Of a stretch of DNA of 64,000 nt, positions 59,654-64,000 are shown piece by piece. Position 1 is the first letter of the stretch. Each line of letters opens with the position of its first letter. The DNA is from an uncultured Gammaproteobacteria bacterium. Its GTDB lineage: Bacteria; Patescibacteriota; Microgenomatia; Levybacterales; UBA12049. Below the pieces are notes generated by a model, which saw nothing but the letters and a program-made list of their open reading frames with translations, ran no database searches and was not told where the DNA came from. Where the stretch lies: positions 306,361 through 370,360 of the forward strand of contig CAZAZU010000001.1 in NCBI GenBank assembly GCA_964490105.1, given 5' to 3'. A program made the position numbers and the translations under genes.

Positions 59654-60330
59654 TCACTATAAATCTTAATATATAGTTTTTGTCCTTCATTTTTAATACC
59701 AGAAGTCATGAGCGAGATTTGATTATTACTATCCTTTGCCCACTGCTTCATTAATTCTCCATCGTACTCAGGTGCAGACTCGGAGGTGTAGCGGCCAGGG
59801 TATTTACTCTTTGCTATTTCAAAAGAGAATAACTCTGGATAATCAATTCTTAATTTATTTTGGGCATTTTGTTCAAATTCTATTTGCTTTGATGATGCCA
59901 AATCCTTACAAAAAGCATCCCAGTTCGCAGGCCTATTGCTTGTAGGAACTACAATTGTATTTGAAGTTTTCGATGGCATATAAACGAATGGCTTAGGCCT
60001 TGGTGATTGAGTTGGACTAGGTGTTGGTGAAGATTGATAAATTGCTTTAGTCGTAGGCTCAGAGATCACTTGCTTATAATTTGTTTCATAATTTATTGAG
60101 GTAGTTATTGTTGGTGTTGGTGTACTTGTAATGTAACTGTCTTCTTTCGTTTCTTGGACAGGAAATTGATAGGTATCTGTTCCCAACACAAGAGCTTGCG
60201 ATCTTCCATACACATATGAAGATCCAAGAATTAAGAAAAATATAATAACTAATAAAGGTTTATTTGTCAGAATAGCGTTTAACTTGCTTGCATGAGCTTT
60301 TTTCCTTACCATGGCTTGTTTATATACCAT
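59638..60330 (-). CDS. Hypothetical membrane-anchored protein with a Pro/Thr/Ser-rich linker (element cargo)
   Basis: N-terminal TM helix, a TPTPTITTS...SPTPSPTQSPRP linker, and a C-terminal globular domain. Confidence 0.3.
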   Translation of the reverse strand: MVYKQAMVRKKAHASKLNAILTNKPLLVIIFFLILGSSYVYGRSQALVLGTDTYQFPVQETKEDSYITSTPTPTITTSINYETNYKQVISEPTTKAIYQSSPTPSPTQSPRPKPFVYMPSKTSNTIVVPTSNRPANWDAFCKDLASSKQIEFEQNAQNKLRIDYPELFSFEIAKSKYPGRYTSESAPEYDGELMKQWAKDSNNQISLMTSGIKNEGQKLYIKIYSDCLVL

Positions 60331-60374
60331 ACCCTATAGGAAATCAAGTAAACCCAAGGACGTATAATGTATAT

Positions 60375-60665
60375 ATGACATTAAAACAAAAAGCATTTAT
60401 TAAGAAATATATCGAACACAACGGAAATGCTACCAAAGCTGTTAAGGATATCTATAACGTGAGAAATGATAACTCTGCATCAGTTATAGGATCTAGATTG
60501 TTAAGAAATGTTAAGGTATCAAGGGAAATTGATAGAATAATTGAGGCTGATAAGACTTTCCTTCCCTACATACTTAATGAGTTAAAATATTCGATCGAGA
60601 ATGGATCAGAAGTAAGTAAATACAAAGCTCTCATGTTTGCATTTAAGTTGCATGGCATCAGTTAA
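60375..60665 (+). CDS. Phage terminase small subunit-like protein (Terminase_2/P27-type TerS N-terminal HTH)
   Basis: MTLKQKAFIKKYIEHNGNATKAVKDIYNV...SVIGSRLLRNVKVSREIDRI matches the typical TerS start (LTPKQEAFCxEYxxxxNATQAAIRAGYSxKTA...SRLLRNVKVQERI). Confidence 0.55.
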   Translation: MTLKQKAFIKKYIEHNGNATKAVKDIYNVRNDNSASVIGSRLLRNVKVSREIDRIIEADKTFLPYILNELKYSIENGSEVSKYKALMFAFKLHGIS

Positions 60666-60814
60666 GATCATTCTTCATCTTCTTGATTAACAGTTTTATA
60701 TGATGCTGCAGTGTCAATTAAAAGTAATATTATAAAAATCACCCAGCTAAATGTCCAATCTGTGAACAAAACTATCAGTGAATAAATTATACTCATTGTT
60801 TTTTCTTAAAAAGC

Positions 60815-60832
60815 CTATACCCCCTATACCCC
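60815..60832. repeat. Tandem 9-bp direct repeat ctatacccc x2 in the long non-coding stretch of the element
   Basis: Seen directly. The repeat is C-rich in an AT-rich background. Confidence 0.3.
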
Positions 60833-60930
60833 TGCTTTAGTCTAATTATATTATCTCAATTAACCTTATAAATACACAATAAAATTTTACTACATTAAGC
60901 AAAAAAAACGACCCATGATATAATATAAGT

Positions 60931-61046
60931 ACAATAAAAATAGGGTTCAAAAGCCTGACTTTCGGCTTAGAATCCATAACCGAAGCCGTGTAAACGGTGA
61001 CTCAGGAAGCCTAATCGTTGAAAAATACGAAGAGGCTTCTTTTTTG
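60931..61046 (+). ncRNA. Candidate structured small RNA of about 115 nt, with an extended -10 promoter and an intrinsic terminator
   Basis: TGATATAAT lies at 60916-60924. Hairpins include aagcc/ggctt (60951-60968). The terminator stem gaagcct (61006-61012)/aggcttc (61033-61039) is followed by TTTTTT (61040-61045). The region contains no credible ORF. Confidence 0.3.
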
Positions 61047-61073
61047 TTGGAAAAATTCGGGTACTGATAAAAG

Positions 61074-61110
61074 CTCCTGTTTGGGCCAGTACCCGAGACA
61101 GGAGTTTTTA
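61074..61110 (+). terminator. Rho-independent terminator-like hairpin immediately upstream of the next start codon
   Basis: Stem ctcctgt (61074-61080)/acaggag (61098-61104), a 17-nt loop, then TTTTTATTTT. Confidence 0.4.
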
Positions 61111-61115
61111 TTTTA

Positions 61116-61466
61116 ATGGACCATATAAGCAAAATTTTAAATAAAAAGACAAATATTAACGATATTAACGTTAATAATAAGATTTTAAATAACGATACTA
61201 ACGATACTTCTAGTAAATATTCGTTAAAAGATACTTTTATTCCTAATACTCCTAAAACACAATTGGCTCAGGAAATAGCATCGTTTTTAAATGATACTGA
61301 CAACTATGCATGTTTTTTGGATATTGTAAACAAGATTGGCGTTGATAACGCAAAACGATTACTGAAAGTCGTTAAAGAAGACATTAAAGATAAAGAATCC
61401 ACAAGCACACCTGTAAGAATCCCTGCAAAGTATTTCGTATGGAAATATAGAAAGGGATTGTATTGA
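61116..61466 (+). CDS. Hypothetical protein (element cargo, Asn-rich N-terminus)
   Basis: 116 aa ORF located upstream of the RHH gene and the integrase. Confidence 0.3.
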   Translation: MDHISKILNKKTNINDINVNNKILNNDTNDTSSKYSLKDTFIPNTPKTQLAQEIASFLNDTDNYACFLDIVNKIGVDNAKRLLKVVKEDIKDKESTSTPVRIPAKYFVWKYRKGLY

Positions 61467-61467
61467 G

Positions 61468-61632
61468 ATGAAAAATCGACAAGTCGACAAAAAGTTAACA
61501 ATGCAAGTACGTATAGATTCTGAGTTACATAGAAGGATCAAAATTAAAGCATCGACGCTTTCTGTAAGTGTTAAAACGCTCCTAGAGGGGTTAATTATTG
61601 AAGACCTAAAAGAAGAAACGTCTCAAAATTAA
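61468..61632 (+). CDS. Ribbon-helix-helix (Arc/CopG/MetJ-like) small DNA-binding protein. Candidate element regulator or excisionase.
   Basis: My own translation gives a 54 aa ORF: MKNRQVDKKLTMQVRIDSELHRRIKIKASTLSVSVKTLLEGLIIEDLKEETSQN. The pattern of a beta-strand (MQVRID) followed by two helices is typical of RHH proteins. It is shorter than the ORF-track cutoff. Confidence 0.4.
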   Translation: MKNRQVDKKLTMQVRIDSELHRRIKIKASTLSVSVKTLLEGLIIEDLKEETSQN

Positions 61633-61650
61633 TACTTGCAATATATTTAA

Positions 61651-62739
61651 TTGAAAACTAATATGGAAACAGGTTTCTTACATCCTCAAATACTCTCAAG
61701 TCGCTTCCAGAAAGGAAGCATTTCTCTGTTACAAGAAGAATTTGTCAAATATCTTACAATTAAAGGATTATCTGCCAAATCTATAAAAACATATTCAGCT
61801 AGATTTCGAATATTTAATCAATGGCTAATTGACAGAAATTTTACATTAAATCGAACCTCAATTGAAGAATTCTTGTTTGAAAAAAAGAAAGCTGGATATT
61901 CAAATTCTGGTATAAATAGCTACATTCAATCGTTAAATTATTTACAAAAATATTTCAAATCACATGGTAGCGAGATACTCTTCATGGTAGATATTGAAAC
62001 TCTCCCAAAGGAAAAATCAAAAGTAATTGCACTATCATTATCAGAATCATATAAGCTAATAGACACACCTTTAGTATATAAAAATAGGAATGGGGTGGAT
62101 TGCAATAAGTTAGATTTAACTTATTTGACACTTACAGAATTTATTTTATTTACAGGTTGCAGATATCACGAAGCTTCATCCTTGAAAATTTCCCAATTAG
62201 ACATTGATGAAGGAACGTCATTCTTAACAGATACAAAAACTAAAGAACCCAGATATTTATTGTTTGATGGCATAGTTAAAGAACACCTTAGACAACTCAC
62301 AAAAAATAAATCAATAGATGATCTTGTGTTCACTAATAGCAAAGGGAATGAGATTCATTCTGGAGACTTTTGGTCTAATCTTAAAAAAAGAGCAAAGAAA
62401 GCAGGTATAACCAAGAAAGTTCATCCTCACATTTTAAGACACACTTATGCAACGCTTTATTACAAAAAAACCCACGATATTTCAATGGTTGCTAGATTAT
62501 TAGGTCATAAGGACTTCAAAACTACACATGATACATATGTCCACACAGATTTTGAAGAAATACAACTAGCAAGCAGACAACATCCACTTCTTTCTCGCTA
62601 TACATCTACAAATGAGGTTTTACAAGATTATAAAAATTCTTTTGAAAAGATTTATACTAAGGAGGATGATAGATTTGAATATATTCCAAGTCTTAGTGAC
62701 AATGAATTAATAATTAAAGTTAAATTAAAAGGGGCATAG
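61651..62739 (+). CDS. int: Tyrosine-type site-specific recombinase/integrase
   Basis: C-terminal catalytic region HPHILRHTYATLYY...LLGHKDFKTTHDTYVHTD (R...HxxR...H...Y). The N-terminus has a SAM-like core-binding domain. Confidence 0.85.
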   Translation: MKTNMETGFLHPQILSSRFQKGSISLLQEEFVKYLTIKGLSAKSIKTYSARFRIFNQWLIDRNFTLNRTSIEEFLFEKKKAGYSNSGINSYIQSLNYLQKYFKSHGSEILFMVDIETLPKEKSKVIALSLSESYKLIDTPLVYKNRNGVDCNKLDLTYLTLTEFILFTGCRYHEASSLKISQLDIDEGTSFLTDTKTKEPRYLLFDGIVKEHLRQLTKNKSIDDLVFTNSKGNEIHSGDFWSNLKKRAKKAGITKKVHPHILRHTYATLYYKKTHDISMVARLLGHKDFKTTHDTYVHTDFEEIQLASRQHPLLSRYTSTNEVLQDYKNSFEKIYTKEDDRFEYIPSLSDNELIIKVKLKGA

Positions 62740-62797
62740 ATAAAACTACACCCCCTCCTCAAGTCGCTTCCTATTAGGCTTCTCACATCCAATAAAA

Positions 62798-62815
62798 AAG
62801 CACCTTGTTAGGTGC
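62798..62815 (-). terminator. Weak intrinsic terminator for ftsZ on the minus strand, carried by the element
   Basis: On the minus strand, ggcacc taacaa ggtgc is followed by ttttttatt. The stem is 5 bp. Confidence 0.3.
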
Positions 62816-62841
62816 CATAGTAAAATTATGAAGCTAATTCT

Positions 62842-62880
62842 TTAATTTTTCTGTCTTAGAAATGCTGGTATATCCCAGAC
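62842..62880 (-). repeat. att-like direct repeat forming the current 3-prime end of ftsZ (12 codons plus TAA)
   Basis: The minus strand reads gtc tgg gat ata cca gca ttt cta aga cag aaa aat taa, which is [12 protein letters not shown]. Confidence 0.65.
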
Positions 62881-64000
62881 CTCCTCGTCGTTTTCTGGGA
62901 CTGGGGTTTGGGGATTTGAAGGTTGATTCCCTGTATTTTGATCCTGCTGATTTTGATCCATTGGCTGCTGTTGATTATTATTAATCGTATTTGACTGAGG
63001 AGTTACGTTATAATTTTGCTGAATAGGGGGAGCTACAAATTCTCTTAAAGTTTGCCTTGCACTATCAAAACCTGTTGCAATAACGGTAATTTTCATCTGA
63101 TCTCTCATGGTCTCATCGATTGTCGCACCAAAAATGATATTTGCGTCACTATCTGCAGCTTGGGCAATAATTTTAGCTGCCTCATCAACTTCATTCATTG
63201 TTAGGTCTGGACCTCCGATTACATTAAAGAGTACTCCGCGAGCGCCTTCCATGGTAATTTCTAAAAGAGGAGAAGCGATAGCGGACCTGGCTGCAGCTTG
63301 GGCTCTATTCTCTCCAACTCCAGTTCCAATACCCATAAGAGAGGAGCCTGCATTTTGCATAATAGTTCTTACATCTGCAAAGTCGACATTGATAAGTCCC
63401 GGCATAGTGATGAGGTCTGAGATTCCCTGCACGCCTTGAGTAAGAACTGAATCTGCTACTTTAAAAGCTTCAAGAAGAGAAAGTTTCTTATCTACTACGT
63501 CTAGTATTCTCTGGTTGGGAATGACAATAAGAGTATCAACTTTATCTTTAAGAAGTTCTATTCCCTCTTCAGCTGCTACCATTCTTCGGGTTCCTTCAAA
63601 AGTAAAAGGCTTTGTAACGACTGCTACAGTTAGCGCGCCTACTTCCTTAGCTGCTCTAGCAATAACAGGTGTTGCGCCGGTTCCAGTTCCTCCACCCATT
63701 CCAGCTGTAAGAAAAACCATGTCAGTACCATCTAAAATATCTTTTAATTTTTCATAAGATTCCTCTGCTGCATTTGCTCCTACCTCAGGATTTCCGCCAG
63801 ACCCCAAACCCTTGGTGAAATCTTCACCGATTTGAACTTTTGTGGCCGCTTGATTGAGAAGAAGACTCTGAGCATCGGTGTTAACAGCTATAAAATCTAC
63901 TCCTTGGATTGAGGATTGGGAGATCATGGAATTAAGAGCATTACTACCTCCGCCTCCAATTCCCATGACACGAATCTTAGCGAAATTTGTTGTTTGAGGC
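62842..64000 (-). CDS. ftsZ: Cell division protein FtsZ. The N-terminus lies beyond the window end.
   Basis: [14 protein letters not shown] and the tubulin signature [10 protein letters not shown]. The C-terminal conserved peptide is [10 protein letters not shown]. The reading frame stays open to the window edge. Confidence 0.85.
   Translation of the reverse strand, partial: PQTTNFAKIRVMGIGGGGSNALNSMISQSSIQGVDFIAVNTDAQSLLLNQAATKVQIGEDFTKGLGSGGNPEVGANAAEESYEKLKDILDGTDMVFLTAGMGGGTGTGATPVIARAAKEVGALTVAVVTKPFTFEGTRRMVAAEEGIELLKDKVDTLIVIPNQRILDVVDKKLSLLEAFKVADSVLTQGVQGISDLITMPGLINVDFADVRTIMQNAGSSLMGIGTGVGENRAQAAARSAIASPLLEITMEGARGVLFNVIGGPDLTMNEVDEAAKIIAQAADSDANIIFGATIDETMRDQMKITVIATGFDSARQTLREFVAPPIQQNYNVTPQSNTINNNQQQPMDQNQQDQNTGNQPSNPQTPVPENDEEVWDIPAFLRQKN

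Larger units (their letters stand above)
57244..62880. mobile_element. Integrative element of about 5.6 kb inserted into the 3-prime end of ftsZ, bounded by 39-bp imperfect direct repeats, with a tyrosine integrase at the ftsZ-proximal end
   Basis: Direct repeats 57244-57282 and 62842-62880 are 33/39 identical. Both read [12 protein letters not shown]-stop on the minus strand, and all differences are synonymous. The integrase 61651-62739 lies next to the right repeat. The cargo is unrelated to the flanking housekeeping genes. Confidence 0.65.

Noticed and set aside
60947-61132. 61-aa minus-strand ORF in the element non-coding stretch.
   Set aside because: It overlaps the stem-loop and terminator structures, has low-complexity sequence and has no RBS. 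The structured-RNA interpretation fits the promoter and terminator signals better.
62740-62841. I looked for a tRNA or tmRNA gene next to the integrase as the expected att target.
   Set aside because: I could not fold any cloverleaf-like sequence (acceptor stem, T-loop GTTCRA) in the flanking intergenic regions. The duplicated att sequence instead lies within the ftsZ coding 3-prime end.
1-64000. CRISPR arrays, rRNA genes and large tandem repeat arrays.
   Set aside because: I saw no regularly spaced 25-40 bp direct repeats and no rRNA-like conserved stretches when reading both strands. Coding density leaves no room for them except at 60.67-61.1 kb, which holds the candidate sRNA instead.

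Overview
This 64 kb window comes from a low-GC (roughly 30% by eye), gene-dense bacterial chromosome that uses the standard genetic code. The gene content (eukaryote-type IleRS, no recognisable outer-membrane genes, very many glycosyltransferases and polytopic membrane proteins) is compatible with an uncultivated small-genome lineage such as CPR/Patescibacteria. That placement is a guess. The window has six parts. (1) 1-31.4 kb is a very large surface-glycan biosynthesis locus. It has at least 8 glycosyltransferases (GT2, GT4, GT17, and GT2 fusions), about 5 large polytopic membrane proteins that may have a GT-C fold, a Wzx-type flippase, a nucleotide-sugar dehydrogenase, several NAD-dependent epimerase/dehydratase/reductases, RmlC plus two RmlD paralogs, and seven SAM methyltransferases. 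Four of the methyltransferases are paralogs of the TcaB9/TylC3-type NDP-hexose C-methyltransferase. There is also a DegT-family enzyme whose Schiff-base lysine is replaced by histidine, which suggests a ColD/E1-like 3-dehydratase. (2) 31.4-40.8 kb is housekeeping and envelope genes on the minus strand: lepB, parB, rpmA, rplU, ftsW/rodA, ileS (type 2), an acyltransferase-3, a CAP-like protein, an L,D-transpeptidase and an FKBP. (3) 40.8-45.6 kb is an RND efflux pump with its HlyD-family adaptor. (4) 45.6-48.5 kb is a compositionally distinct, higher-GC island with three unknown ORFs. One is a small cytoplasmic protein, one is a Tat-signal protein and one is a Sec-secreted protein. A perfect 10-bp GC hairpin and a near-consensus sigma70 promoter sit between the divergent genes. 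(5) 48.5-57.2 kb is housekeeping again: a DnaQ-GIY-YIG fusion nuclease, a GT4, a GH63-like hydrolase, a tRNA-dihydrouridine synthase, a higher-GC orphan sigma-70 region-4 protein, a beta-CASP MBL nuclease and HflX. (6) 57.2-62.9 kb is the most striking feature: an integrative element of about 5.6 kb inserted site-specifically into the 3-prime end of ftsZ. It is flanked by 39-bp imperfect direct repeats that both encode the conserved FtsZ C-terminal peptide [12 protein letters not shown] followed by a stop. It carries a tyrosine integrase, an RHH protein, a small-terminase-like gene, a promoter-plus-terminator candidate structured RNA, and several secreted or membrane proteins including a YHYH-motif protein. 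ftsZ itself runs off the 3-prime window edge. I found no CRISPR array, rRNA or tRNA.
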